A program made the translations under genes and the position numbers. From Oikopleura dioica (taxonomy: Eukaryota > Animalia > Chordata): a stretch of DNA of 64,000 bases. Of this stretch, positions 1 to 16,313 are shown one piece after another. Numbering within the stretch: position 1 is the stretch's first letter; each line of letters opens with the position of its first letter. The notes under the pieces were generated by a model. That model worked only from the letters and a program-made list of their open reading frames with translations, had not been told where the DNA came from and searched no databases. The stretch covers positions 620,001 through 684,000 of the forward strand of contig OU015569.1 of the NCBI GenBank assembly GCA_907165135.1. The letters are read 5' to 3'.

Positions 1-1317
1 CAGACTCGATTCACGACTATTACCAACACTCGGACTCGTCGCAGGAGAACTTGATAAAAAGCAAAGCGAGGAAATTCAACGAAAAGTCGAATAGGTCCTT
101 TGATAGGAAATTCGGATTTGAAAAATTCTTCTATTTATTTGATTCTTTGAATTTTTGAAATCCGGAAAAGACGAAACCATTCGTCATCGAAAAATCTCAC
201 TTTTGATGACCTTTTCAACGATCCGATCGTTCCAAACTCGACTTTTCCAAGCGCAAAAAAGAAGCCTTTATCGACGAAGAATGGAGTGGTCGATTTGACG
301 AAATCGAAGAAACCGAGGAAATCAGAACAGTGGTCGCCTGTGCCGCTCGCGCAAATGCGAGGATTGAGGAACGAAACGCAGCATTTCAGATTGAGGAGAA
401 ATCGGAAGGATGTTTTCTCTGAAACGGCGCCTGTTGAGGAAAGGGTTGAAAAGTTTTTTAATTGCAAGAAATTTTCAAGAAAGAAATCATTTTTTTATGA
501 AAAAGTTCCCTTTTCAACCTTCAAAAAAGCCACTTCAAACTCGAAAAACCATCGGCGACTCAACAAGAACAATCGTGCGGGGTTGCGCAGGTTCGCTGGT
601 CAGAGCTGGGGAAGGAAATCCGACGATTGTGAAAGGAAATGTTCATCGAATTAGCTCAATTAGACGATCTGTGAGCTGGACTGGGCGATCTGTGTAGAAA
701 TCCTGAGTCGGTGCTGAAAGATCTTTCAGATCCTGACTCAGGGTCCCTGAGGCAGATTTTCTGGATACAGGCCGCTAAGCTCATGGAGGCGCTTTGTGGC
801 TTCGTTTTTCAAAAAGCCGCCGCGCTACTTTTTATTTCTGCTCCTTCCGGGCCTGACTCAGGTTGCCGAGCCCAGGTCTAAATTTCGCTAGTAGAAATTC
901 TTGATGAACTTGAAACAGAAGCCGCTGCGAACAGAAGTCTCGAATTCGAGGAAGACAGTCCGTCAAAAACTCGCACCCTTGTCCGCGCTAGCAACAAAAT
1001 TCACACTCGTGGGAGGCGAAAAATAAACATAATAATACCTGAGCCAGAGGCAAAGCCGAAATCGCCGGAAGTTACATGTTGGGAAGACTTGGTAATTTCA
1101 AACAATTTTTAGAACGCCTTTTTATTTTATTTTTAAGCAGGAAGAAAGTGCCGAATCCTCCTCGTCGACCTCTGAGTCCGAAACTGAGTCGGACGATGAA
1201 GTCCTCGAGCAGCTGGTTCAATCCACGAAGAACGCGATGACTCTTCAGTCGTTCATCAAAGATGTCCACGCGATCATTCCTCCGCACATTTTCAACCCTG
1301 ACACATACAGAACTTGA
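1..1317 (+). CDS. Partial multi-exon hypothetical protein with Ser/acidic low-complexity C-terminus (5' end outside window)
   Basis: Coding-like blocks; last exon after tttaagcag| reads EESAESSSSTSESETESDDEVLEQLVQSTKNAMTLQSFIKDVHAIIPPHIFNPDTYRT* (stop ~1317). A degenerate MITE lies at 681-875. No family recognised. Confidence 0.35.
681..875. mobile_element. Degenerate copy of the CTGGG...CCCAG MITE family
   Basis: Left end ctgggcgatctgtgtagaaatcctgagtcgg, right end cctgactcaggttgccgagcccag; no intact TSD. Confidence 0.7.
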
Positions 1318-1482
1318 AACTCACGAAAAAAATCAATATTCACTACATTTTCTGCCTCACTTCACCCATTCCTGTTAGTTTCAAACTTTCAAAGAATTAC
1401 ACATTTTAATAAACGTAATATATAAATAAATAAAAACCGTCTCACAATTGTATTTTGTTTTCGTAGAAGCCGAATTCGGAAA

Positions 1483-1830
1483 ATGTCAGAAGCGGAAGAG
1501 AAAATGCAGGAAGTTGCGCAGTGGAACTCTTTCGGACTCTTTAGGACAAAGTGGTCGCCGAAACCGTTACACATCTCCCTGGAACGCAGCACTCCTTCCT
1601 CATGTCCGCCAACCTGTCGGAACAAGTCGAAAAAATGAAGAAACTTGCGCTCCGGAATCCAGTAACGCTCAAGCTCGACGATTCCTCGTTGCCGAACGCA
1701 GAAGTTCTCCAGCAATATCAGATTAATTTGAACGAAGATTTCGAAAAGTACTTGGTGATTTTGAGCTTTCTCTAATTGAGAATCCTCCGAGGAAATAACT
1801 TCTCTTTCCTTCTTCTGTTTCGGATGCGAG
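1483..1830 (+). pseudogene. DDX56: DDX56/DBP9-like DEAD-box helicase pseudogene fragment
   Basis: MSEAEEKMQEVAQWNSFGL (Q-motif-like start) is joined by a frameshift to LPGTQHSFLMSANLSEQVEKMKKLALRNPVTLKLDDSSLPNAEVLQQYQI, which resembles DDX56 LPRIYQAFLMSATF...LHNPVTLKLQESQLP. Motifs I-II are missing, SAT reads SAN, and there is a TAA in FL*LRILRG. Confidence 0.75.
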
Positions 1831-2312
1831 GATAAGAATGAGAGCTTGCTCGAGCGCCCCCTACACTCGCCGCCGGGCAGTGCAAGAAAACGACTTGATG
1901 AAGATGCAGTAAAATGAGGAGTTATTTCGACTTTGCTGATAAAAGAAGTTGACTTACGGGCTAATAGCTATTCCCTTGTGCTTTTACTTGTCTCCCAGGG
2001 CTTCTTTTTTGCATAAAAACCAGGCGAAGGAAAATACAGACAGAATAATGCACGCATCTCATGGAGGCGATTATTAATTCAATAAAATTCATCTCCAAGA
2101 AAAATAGATGTAACATCAAGATCGCATAAAAAATAAAATATCTCCCCGAAATTCGGGAGTTATTTCATTTTTTTCAGTTTTGGATAGAAGTGCGAATTGT
2201 TCTTTATTGCAAATGAATAGTTTTAAATTTCTTATTTAGATAGTAATAATAGTAGTTTTAAACAGAAACCAGCGTTGCACCAGGCCCGGAAAATCAAGAA
2301 AAAGAGTCGAGT

Positions 2313-5801
<3,489 letters not shown>

Positions 5802-7058
5802 CTCAACCCCATTTTCTGGAGCGCTTACACTTGTCCGATTCCGATTTCTTGGGCGAAAGTGGTCCTAACTTCACCGACGGTTGTTTCTCATCCGAAGTCG
5901 ATTTCTCTGGAACTAAGTGTGGCTCTTGGTCCTCGACTTTCTCGACCATCGTGGATTCATTTCATGCCAGTTCTGAAGCGAGCTGCAATTTACTTATTGA
6001 TCCAAAATCCCATTTGTGTTTTTTGTTCTTTGACGCCGAAAATGATAAAAGAGGAGTTACTTGAAATCGATTATTTTTTGAGTACGTGCTCTGCTCGGCT
6101 CTAGGTGTATTTTTGATGCATTTGATGGACATATATAAATATATATAATACGTGTTTAATATTGAAATATATGTAGCGATATGCATGAAATTGGAAATGA
6201 TAGTGAATACACGAGTCGGAAAAGGTGCAAAGGCTCGTTTTTCAACCTCAACTAGAGCGCCTTCGCTGGACTTTTCCTGCTCTAGGTACGACTTGGGCGC
6301 ATACTTCAAGGCAGTTCGCAATAATCATTAGCCTGTAGCTTGTATATTTTTCATTCAAAAGCATTTGAGATGCTCTACATGTTGTTTTTTATTGAAAGTT
6401 CGGCAATGAAATTTAATAAGTTGAAAATTGAGAAATTTAGATTAATGAAGAAGTCGTTTTTTCATTTATTCGTGAGGGCTAGAGGAATAGGGCTATAATA
6501 GATGTAGTTTATGGGGACTTCAAAATAGGGATTCAGAAGTTGGACTTCTTTAGTTACATGTCAGTTTGGAAAGGTGTTGGTGGGAAAGTTGGATTTGAGT
6601 TGATTTTGTTAGTTTAGGTTTTGAAGAAACTAAGTTTAACTGAGTTGTATTTTTTTACTTCTAACACAAGAAAGCGTGTTTTTGGCGATATTATTTTTTT
6701 ATTTCAAAAAGGTGTAATAGTCGAAAAAAAGTATTTAATTATCGCAACATATTTATCGTTAACTTTCTTTTGGAAAGAAAGAAAATTGAAATAAGCGTAT
6801 CCCAAAATTTGACTGGATAGCTTTAGTTTTAAAATTGCAAGTTGAAAAAAGAAGAACAGGAAAAAAATAAAGAGTAAAATAAAAATAAAAGAAATTGAAC
6901 CTAGTGGAAAGATGAACTTAAAAACGGGCCGGAGAGAACCGCGTCATCCCTTTTGAGGAATTTTAAGGAAAGAGAAAAGTCGATCGGCCGGTTGAGGATT
7001 TACAGAAAGCTCCTTGTTCGGAAGAAGGATGAAACGACGAATTGCAAATTCAAAAAAT

Positions 7059-8823
7059 TCAGGCTTCGGTCTTTTGGCGCGCTTTCGAAACGTCGTAGTC
7101 GTAGTCCACCCACTCGTTTCGCTGTAAATGGGTGTTAGTGACTAATCTTTATTTTAGGAACGATACCTTGTTATTTCTGTTGTCGTTCTGGCCCTGGTTG
7201 TTTCTGTAGTTGCCGCGCCCCCTGAAGCTCCTGTTGCCCTGGCTGTTGCCTCCCCTCCAATGGCCGCCCTGGTTGTTACTGTTTCCGTGATTTCGGTTGT
7301 TGTAATTGTTGCGTCGGTTGTTGTAGTTGTTCTCCCCGTTGCCGACTTGGTTGCCACCGCGGTTGTCGTGGCCTTGCCGCCAGTTGCCGTCTGAAAAATG
7401 GATAAAACAAGGGTAATTAGTGGTTATTAAACAAGACATCGGCCCTGAAGAATTAAGTTACCTTGGTTGCTATTTCGATTGTTGTGGTAATTATTGTTTC
7501 CACGGTAGTTTCCTCGGCCGCGGTAGTTGCCCCCGCCGCCGCGACCTCGGCCCCGACCGCGTCCACCTCCGCGGTAGCCCCTGTTCGCCGTGATGCCGAA
7601 CGTTTCCGAGTTGAGCTTGCGCTCGGCAGATCGCGTGATCCTCTCGCCCTTCGGGTCGTTTGCCTCGCAGGAGATGTTGTCGAAGAAGGAGCTCGTCTTA
7701 TTGTAGTACGCTTCGGTGGTGTCTTCTTCGATCTCTCCGCTCTCCAGTTCTTCTGGCTCCTGATCGTTCTCTTCGTTTTCTTAACCATAAAAATACACTC
7801 TTTCAAATTCTGCGAGCTTTACCAGAGTCGTTTCCGTCTTTATTGACGCCGAGGGAAATCTTGAGCTCTCGATCAAGCTTGTCACGGATTTCTTCGAATT
7901 CCTTGTTCGCCGCGGCGAAGTCGAACTCTTCAGTGTACTTTTCCTTTTCCTTGAATTTCGCGTTAATCAAAGAATGAAGTATTCGAATCTTACGTTTTGC
8001 TGGCGGTTGTTTTGCTGGGAGCGATTCTGATTCCAGTTCTCGTTGTTGTTTCCGCGGTTGTTGTAGTTTTGCCGGTTGCCTCCTTGGTTCTGCCGATTCT
8101 GGTTGCGGTTTTGGTTGCGCTAGAATCATAGTTAGGGAAGAAAGGAAGAGGATGAGGAACCTCTTGGTTGTCACGTCGGTCTTTGTGCTGCTGGGGAGCG
8201 GCTTCAGCGGCTGGGGACGGCGCGGCTTGAGGTTCAGGAGCGTACTGAATAGTTTTAAGCTTTGGATGCTCAAGCTGGACTTACAGTGGGAGCAACAGGC
8301 TGTGCTGGGGGCACTGGGGCAGCTCCGTAGCCAGGTTGGGGATGACCGATGGGAGCTGGTTGCTGAGAAACGTTCAGAATTGCGGGATCTTGAGGAAGAC
8401 GATCCTTTTTTCGGGTAATCAATTGTCAAGAGGTTTGAGCGCGATTTAGCGATTTTAACTTGATACCACTTTCCTGGGGGAGATCACAAACCGTCAGATC
8501 GTAGATGTCTGTGCCACGGAAGATGATGTACTCGAAGGTCTCCTCACGAGCGGCCACGTGACGCTCGCAGTCGCGATTTTCGGTTCCGAAGGATCGCACT
8601 TTCGTCAGAGCTACAGTCATGTTCTCTGTATCGATAGCGTACAGGATACCCTTAACTTTGCTTGAAGAATCCGGAACTAATAACCCAAAGACAAGAATTT
8701 TATTTGCCTTTGTCTAGCACTTTTTGTCTTGAAATTCTAATAAATTACCTCATATCGGATTTTAGCCTTGCTAATGAGCGAGATTCTTGAGCCGAGATAG
8801 GGCGTGTCACCTGGACCCGACAT
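7059..8823 (-). CDS. LSM14: LSM14/RAP55/Scd6 mRNA-silencing factor, multi-exon
   Basis: [25 protein letters not shown]|[24 protein letters not shown] (LSm domain), [12 protein letters not shown] (FDF), SSFFDNIS (FFD), [10 protein letters not shown] (TFG), RGG/Asn-rich tail. Confidence 0.95.
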
Positions 8824-9345
8824 TGCTTGCTTGTTCCTTTCGGTACTAGCTGAGACGACTGCTCTCAAATGGAAAAGTAAAAATAGCTTTCTTGAAGTCT
8901 GGAGTATATTTTCTTTGAAAGTTGGAAAAACGAGACAACGATCTGCAAAGAGCGAAAAAGAGCAGTTGAAGAAATTGGACGTTGAAGAAGTTTCTTTGTT
9001 TGAAGAGATTGAAGAAAAGACGAAAAATATTGAAAACAGGAGTTTTGGAGATTAAAATCTGAGTCAATTTTCGGAAAAGAAATTCGGCTGCAGTTCAGGC
9101 AGAGTTTAAAAACGAGTTGAAGTTCGATCAGATGATGGTGGTCTCGCGGGGCAGAATCGACGTGTCCGACCAGCTGTCCTCGTCGCTGTCGCTTCCAGCC
9201 GTGTTCAGGGGATTCAGGAACTCGCGATATCTGTTTTAGGCTCAACAACATCATGTGCTTTTGTACGTAACTAGCTGGATGGAATTGACAGATTCATATT
9301 GACCACAATCCTAAATCAGATAGGATAAGCGTCATAGCATGCTGG

Positions 9346-12300
9346 CTATGGCGAGAAGGAACTAGAATCGACTAGATTTTCAGCTATTATTTTGCCGTTC
9401 CTTTGCGCTTGCAGCTGGCGGACAGCTCTCAACTCGCGTTCTACATCGTCGGCGCGCTCCTTCGCTTCCATCAGCTCTAAAAAAGGAAATTAACGCTTGA
9501 AGTTGTCCTTTTTTCTTCATTCATTTCAAAAGATGGCTAACCTAAGTCGAGGGAGGCGATGCGCTTTTCCAGTTCTTTCAAATTGGCCTGCTGGACTTGG
9601 ACGGTTTCCTGCTCCTTTTGAGTGAGGCTCTTTTCTTTTTGGATTTCGGATTTGAGGTAGTCCTTCGTTTGGGCGAGTTCGACTTCAAGCTGTTCGCAGC
9701 GACTTCCCAAGTAGACCACTTTGTGCCGCAGCTCCGTGTTCTCTTGCACCACTTTATTCTACAATTACAGTTGATTTTAGAGCGAGTAGCATATTGAATA
9801 TAACGGGCTAATATAAAGTATCCACATTTTAACGGATTTTCTGGAGTGTCATCACTGCATCAAGCATGATTTAAATGTAGACCCCCGTATTTTATTAGGT
9901 AAACAGGCGACTTACGATGTCAATGAACCCACTGTCGTTAATCTGAATCCGGGCAGCTGCCTGTGATGCATACTCAGATGCCGTTCTATATCCCCTTTTA
10001 GCCATAATCTGAAACAGACGATTTTGAGATTACTTTTTGAAAATCGTGAACTTCACGGATTCGTTAAAATTAACTCAGAAACTTGAACTGTGGGCAGATT
10101 TGGATTTTCTTCCGCGGAATTTGAACTGGGACCATCGGCGACGAGATCGAGTTCTTTTGAGATTTCTTCGAAAATGTCCGCTGGTGATTCCGACTCTGTC
10201 ATTTGCTGATTTGTTTGGAAAAGACTGGGCTCCTGGGGATTCGCTGAATCGCTTTTTTCCTCGTTCAAAGGCTGGTTTTTCTTGGAAGAAGCGGTCTCTT
10301 CAGAGTTTTGGGCACCTTCTTCTATTTCTGGCAGTATTTCTTCTCCCTCTAAACTCAATTTTAGCCCCTCCTCTGTCTTCAACGAAATCTATTTTCGAGT
10401 AAACGTACCAGGGTCTCTTGAATTCCAGGCATCTGCGAGTGAGTCATTTTGAGGAGGATCAAGCTCTTCCTCTAGCTCATCTGACAAGGATTTGTTTTTC
10501 GGTTTCGGTGGTTGCCGCTTTTTCCGCCTTCCAGCTCGACGAGCCTAAAATAGAATACTCCTCATTTGGCCAATCGTTACTTTTAAACGTCTCGGTATCA
10601 AAGGCGAGTAGACAAGGATTAAAGTTGACAATCATTTATCCTTATTTAGTAAAGAAGCTAGCCTTGACATCCTTTAACAATTTACCTTCGTTCTGCTTTT
10701 AACATATTTCGTCGTTTCTTGCGCGTTTTCGAAGCTTCGACTCCTGAGCATTTCGATGTGGGCGACGAACTTCATGATGGGCCAGTCGAGCGGGAGAGGG
10801 ATGGTTTCGTTGTCTCTGATGAATCGCCGCATTCTGATCGTCTCCATCTTGCGCTTGTCTATCGATTAGTTGAGTATTTATCGACTCTTGCTTTTTCCTT
10901 TGGGAATTGTGACTCACCCAGATTCATGCAAGTTACCGCGTCCCAGATTCCGTTCTCCCGGCTCAGAATCAATTCTACGATTGCGTCCGACATAGAGTAC
11001 TGTTTTAATCGCTTTTCCAGAGCTGTTTTTCGCTCCTGGCGCGTGTAGCTCTTGAACTGCTCGTACACGCAGATGTGGTGCTCCACCACCAGCCAGGATA
11101 GATAATTGCTTTTTGCGGGCTGCAATTCTCATTTTAGAAATCTGAGTCAGGGTACTGAAATTATATAGCCGCTCTGTCGGACCCTGACTCAGATTACTAC
11201 ACAGGCTACCAAGCCGAGAAAGAAGAAAACCCGTTCCTCATTCGCACCGAGAATTTGTGCCCGTCTTCAAAGTCTGAAGAGTCGTAGGAGCAAGGAGGAA
11301 CTCGAGTTCCGATCAAGGAATACATTTCATCCAGCTGAGTGTCTACTTGACTTTCTGGTTCATCAAGCTCAGATGCCTCGGAAAGGGCACCTTTCTTTCG
11401 TGATTTCCGCTGCTCCTGCCCGTCAGAAACAAGTTCTTTTTAGACGATATTCAGAATTTCAACGAAAAGGCTGAAAAGGGTTGAAAATCGTTTCCTAGAG
11501 GCGGCGTAACTCGCGTTGAATTTCTCACTGGTCGGCGGCGCTTCGCCCTTCCTAATGAAAAATGAAAAGATGAATCGAAAACGGATTAATATTTTCCGCG
11601 ACTGACCGGCTACTACCGCGATTGGCAGTCCTGACTGACTGATTTTTGAAAGATGCACATTGACGTTACAATTCTCCATGCTAAAAACATAGGAGATTTG
11701 TAACGTAGATTGCGTAGGCGTCACTGGTTTGACGGAACTCTCAAAGAAGAGACACTAGAGTCAAATTTTAATTGGTTGATTAGCTATTTCACTCGAAAAT
11801 CAGAATCAGTCAGTCAGAAATGCCAATCGCGGTATATCTTCTTCTGGGGTGAAATCTTCATCGTTTTGCCGGGCGCTCTTTTTCCGCTTTTTCGCGCTTT
11901 TCGAGTTTTCCGCTTCTTTCTCGAAATCGTCGATCAAGTTCTTTGCGAAGATGTTTTCACATGGCTCCCAGGTGCTATCTGAACTTAACATCGGTACTTT
12001 GCTACGTTCTCTTTCTGCTCTGTTGCTGGGTTGGGCAACCTGTCTGCAAACCTGACTAAGGGCTTCACACAGGCCCTCTTCTTTGTTGACACAGGCTCTA
12101 TCGGAGTATCCGTGTAAAATCAAGGTCTAAAAACGTTATTTCTCTGTCTGTGTCTGACACAGAATTCCAAGCCCAGACACAGGCTGCCCAGCCCAGCGAT
12201 CAAGATCACTTACTCAGGAAAGCCGAGCCACTTGCAGTAGTAATAGACGACGCCAGAGAGGATCCGCTTGTCCGTGATTTTCTCCAGGGTGAATTCCTCG

Positions 12301-12609
12301 TCTGGATCCTTTTCAGCCAGCTCCTCCTCGAACCGCTCAATCGCCGCCGTTTGGGAAGCCTCGATTTCCGACGATTCCAGCCAGCTGTTTTCTCGTCTAG
12401 GCAAAAATTATCAAAATTCTAGTGAATAAAAATTCTCACTTTTTATCGGTCCAGTTGACCAGATACCAGGTTTCCCGATCGTCGACAATTCTCTTGTCCA
12501 AAATCTTCGCTATTCCTCCATTTTCGCCATTTTCTTCCGCTTTTTCGTCTCCATTTCCGGCCAATTCAAGAGGATCACTAGTTTCAGGAGTCGGGGAAAT
12601 CTCCTCCAT
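9346..12609 (-). CDS. Tandem-chromodomain protein with acidic linker and C-terminal coiled coil, multi-exon
   Basis: CD1: IAKILDKRIVDDRETWYLVNW...ENSWLESSEI; CD2: EEFTLEKITDKRILSGVVYYYCKWLGFPDSDSTWEPCENI. Further exons at 10053-11700, and a coiled coil at 9537-9752 and 9346-9476. That these form one gene is inferred. Confidence 0.7.
12026..12196. mobile_element. Variant CTGGG...CCCAG-type TIR element in the intron splitting chromodomain 2
   Basis: Left ctgggttgggcaacctgtctgcaaacctgactaag, right cacaggctgcccagcccag. Confidence 0.6.
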
Positions 12610-12909
12610 CTGAAATTCTCAAAATTTAGGTTTCTTTTTTTTCTCAAGAAAAATTTTTCAAAGAAGGCGTATTTGCAAATTGCACAATGAAATAGAGAAG
12701 TTTCTTTTTTTAAATAAAAAATAGGCAGCGAAAGTTGATATTTCTGACACTCGGGAAAAGGTTTGTTCTTGGCACTTGGCAGGACACTGTAATACACAGC
12801 TAGCTTCTTACAGTGTGACTCAAATAGGACAGGATGAAAAAGAATGGAAAGGGGGGGGCGAAAACTGGAAGTTCGTAAGTTAGACAAAATCAAAGAAAAA
12901 CAGAAAATT

Positions 12910-14420
12910 TCACGAAAAGGACTTGGGCTTCTTTCGCATCCGACTGGAGAGCATCGCTTTTGTCTGGCTCTCGTCGATCACGTGCTGCAGCGAGCCGTTC
13001 CGGTGCAGAAACTCGATGAACTTTTGAATGAAAAGTCCGTAGTCATGACTGCAATGTGCTATTACAAGACGTAACTGATTGGATCCTACCTCCTCCTTTC
13101 AGCGTCGCGTTCGTAGCGCAAGTGTTTCTCGTCTTCTTCTTCGAACTTAATCCGCAGCTCTTCAAATCTAAAAGAACTTGAAAATCAGCCGAAAGATGAA
13201 AAACGTACTCTTGGCAACTGGTCTTGACGAGCGAGCAGAATTCCTCGACGTTCTGAGGGAGGCTTTCTTGCTTGACGTTGTCGACTCCATTCAGTTCCTT
13301 GTCCTCGCCGATTTCCAGCGCTTTTCTCACGCTTTTTCTAGCTTCGTCAACCTCTTCCAAAGTAGCATCTTTCTCCGCCTTGGAAATAGCCAATCTGTTG
13401 AGCACTCTGAGCTTGTTCGTCAATTCCCCTCGCTGCTCGACGATTTGCTTTCGGATCCGAAGCTTGCGGGAAGGAACTACAGACATCAAATTGTAGCGGA
13501 TGTCGTGGCAGCCTTGGTCTTTCTCGCGAGCGCGGGATATTCGCAGACTGATTACGTTCTTCGCTTTCTAGAGAAAAGTTTGATTGATCCATTTTTTCTC
13601 TATTTTAATACGTACCTCAAGCCACTGGCCCCCAGTCTGTCCATGATTTATCGGCCAGGCCTTGAGCCCGTCTAGTTCGTAGAGGGAGTCTTCGTAGGGA
13701 ATGTAGCAGCAGTAGTGGAAGGTCTCGCCCTGACCCAGCGAAGTGGTCGTCGCACCGGCCAAGTCGGAGATGCTGGGCGGCTCGAAGCAGGCGAAGCGGT
13801 TGTGCTTGGCGATGAACTCGGGCATGTTGCCGATCGCAAAGCCGCGCAGCTCCGGGTCTTCGATTTGGCAGAGCTTCTCCTTCATTTCCAGCAGCCAGGC
13901 GCCGAGATTCAGTCTATCTACGAGTCGCTAACGCCAATTACGATTCTAGCGATCGAAAAACGCGGCGCGAGCCCGTTTCCTGAACAATTAAGAAGCACCG
14001 AGAGCAGAGCGTGCGAAGCGCAAGAGTTCGGCACCACTTGGTGGGCAAAGAACAGCCGCTGCGAAATAGCCGCGTCGAAGAGCGTCACGTTTCCGTTCTC
14101 GTCCGAAGCTGTGGAATTCTCGTCGGGGCTGGACTCAGGGTTCCTGCTCGCGCGGTTTCGCCTGCTTCCGAACGAACGGCTGTTCTGGGCGATCGAGTTC
14201 GCCCATTTGAAGAGAAAGATGAGTCCGAACGAGTCGGCCGAGAGCGTCTCCAGCGAGTCCAAGTCGTAGACTTCCTCGACTTCCACCTCGTTGCAGCCGA
14301 ATTCCTCCACTAAAATCAAACATCTGCGCTCTTTAATCTTGAAAATCGTCATTACAGGGCGAAAATGACGCTCTGGCGAGGGGACAGTGCGAACTTTTCC
14401 CAAAATGATTCGTTCACTAC
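12910..14420 (-). CDS. BAP1: BAP1/Calypso UCH-family deubiquitinase, multi-exon; start codon unresolved
   Basis: EEFGCNEVEVEEVYDL, FGLIFLFKW, FFAHQVVPNSCASHALLSVLLNC (catalytic Cys), GFAIGNMPE, TFHYCCYIP..LYELDGLKAWPINHG (His, Asp); ULD ERRSHDYGLFIQKFI; basic tail RMRKKPK. Confidence 0.9.
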
Positions 14421-14448
14421 AGTAACGATAGAGCACACGTGCTTGTAG

Positions 14449-14473
14449 ATATATATATATATATATATATATA
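14449..14473. repeat. (TA)n microsatellite
   Basis: About 12 AT units directly upstream of BAP1. Confidence 0.95.
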
Positions 14474-14577
14474 AAGAAAGACCGTAAAATGGTAATTTAG
14501 GATTATTTGATTTTGGTGGAATCTATTCAAAATTCATGGAATTTTTAGTCCAATCTTTACCTGGACTCGTTTCTAGC

Positions 14578-14853
14578 TACTTATTTATTTCTGGCTTAAA
14601 AATAAGGGCGTGACTATGTTATCTAAAATCCTTAGTAGTAAAGATCTGTGCTCGGCAACCTGTGTTGAAACCTGAGTCAGGTTCTGAAAATTTGCTTAAA
14701 TGAAAAGCGGACAATCAAATTTAAGAACCTTCAGAACCTGACTCAGGTTTTCTACACAGGTTGCCGAGCCCAGATTTTTCCTGCTGAAGACTTTTGTCTT
14801 GAGCTAAAACAGGTACGCCCTTATTTTTTCAGCCAGAAATAAATAAGAAGTAC
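14578..14853. mobile_element. Nested MITEs: outer inverted-repeat element containing a CTGGG...CCCAG copy (14646-14773)
   Basis: Outer arms cttatttatttctggcttaaaaataagggcgtgac / gtacgcccttattttttcagccagaaataaataag; inner TIRs gctcggcaacctgtgttg...ctacacaggttgccgagcccag. Confidence 0.8.
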
Positions 14854-15829
14854 AATAAAAAAATTACCTCAAAATCAAAATTTCCATAAAAATTCGAAGC
14901 TGCGATTTTTCACGCAATAGAATTAAAATTGTAACAGAAATAATAAATTTCCGCATAAATTTAATGCGGAAGCCGGAACCAAAAATCACCCGGAAATCTC
15001 CATAAAAGGAAATTAGCTTGAATTAAAACGGATGATTTCTGCCGGGAGATTGCTCCTGTTTCTGGACCAAGGCCGACTTTTTTCCGCTGCGACTGGGCGG
15101 ATTTGAAATTAAGCTGTAAGTCAGTCTTGAACGAAAGAAAATCGAAACGATGGAACTCCGGATTATTTTGCTTTTTTCATTTTTTTACGTCAGAAGAAGA
15201 ATTTCAAAGCCGCAATTTCCGTTCTTTTTTAACAAAGTGGCAAAAAAGTTGGAAATTTGTTAATTGAAATGAAAAGCCGCGCGCGGCTCTTTTTTCAATT
15301 TTTTCATACAAGAAAAAAGCTACAGACGGTGACTGAGATAACGAATATTGTCATCAAGTTCTCTGATAAGCCAATTTTACTGTAAATCGACCAATCAGAG
15401 TCTTGGATGGAAATATTCGTTATCAAAGCAACCTTCTGTAGAAATGAAAAAACAGGTTACCTAGAAGAGTAAAAAGCGCTGGATCTGATTCTAGTTCTTT
15501 GCAGGCGCCAAAACGCAAGTCCGGGCCCATGCTGGTCTTCTGCAGCCTATTCGTCTGTTCGTCGAGTGGCAATTCTTGAGTTGTGCTTCTTCTTTCTTCT
15601 TTGCTCTTTTTTTTCTCTTGAATCGATTTTCCAAAAACGCTGCCGCCGCGCGCCCAATCGGCTCGTCCGGCGCTCGCTTTGAAAATACGCGCGCGCAGGA
15701 GGAGCTGCTCTGCTCTTTTCTCGCCCTAGTGGCCAATTATTTCAAAATCCAAATTTTTTTGGATTTGCAAAAATGAAGACGCGCAGCTGATATTTCCAAC
15801 AAAACAGACACAAAAGAGTGAAACAGGAG

Positions 15830-16010
15830 GTAGCCTTGTTCATCCTCTTGCTTCCTGCATGAGCCCCCTTGTTCATTCTCTGAGCTCCGCAGTTTGTGTA
15901 GGAGACCTGAGTCAGGTTCTCAGAACCTGACTCAGTTTTCCTAAACAGCTTGCCGAGCACAGAGGATGAACAAGGGGGCTCATGCAGTAAATAAGAGGAT
16001 GAACAAGGCT
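15830..16010. mobile_element. MITE with TTGTTCATCC subterminal repeats, carrying a short CCTGAGTCAGG core (15893-15958)
   Basis: gccttgttcatcctct...gagcccccttgttcattctct / agaggatgaacaagggggctc...agaggatgaacaaggc. A related copy lies at 44175-44325. Confidence 0.75.
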
Positions 16011-16032
16011 ACTCCCTATTTTCCAAAAGTAT

Positions 16033-16313
16033 GGGTGGCGGGCGCCCAGGTTCACAATCGGTTGGTTCACAATTTTGTGAACCCGGTTCACAGTTTTGTG
16101 AACCTGGTTCACAATTTCGGTCAAAAAAGTGTCTCAAACTGACTAAAGGCGCGGCTGTAGAGAAAGTTTATAACGTCAAAAATGAGTTTCTCTTTGAAAT
16201 CAGGCGCGGAGCGCATACAGACCCCTGATTTTATACTTTTAAAAATTTTGTGAACCGGGTTCACACAGATTGCGAACCGGGTTCACAATTGTGAACCTGG
16301 GCGCCCTACACCC
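16033..16313. mobile_element. 281-bp MITE, TIR GGGTG..GGGCGCCCAGGTTCACAAT, 8-bp TSD aaaagtat
   Basis: TSD at 16025-16032 and 16314-16321; many GGTTCACA/TGTGAACC subterminal repeats. Confidence 0.85.

Noticed and set aside
8880-9270. Possible small plus-strand gene between LSM14 and the chromodomain gene
   Set aside because: There are coding-like patches, but no consistent exon chain, start or homology could be built.
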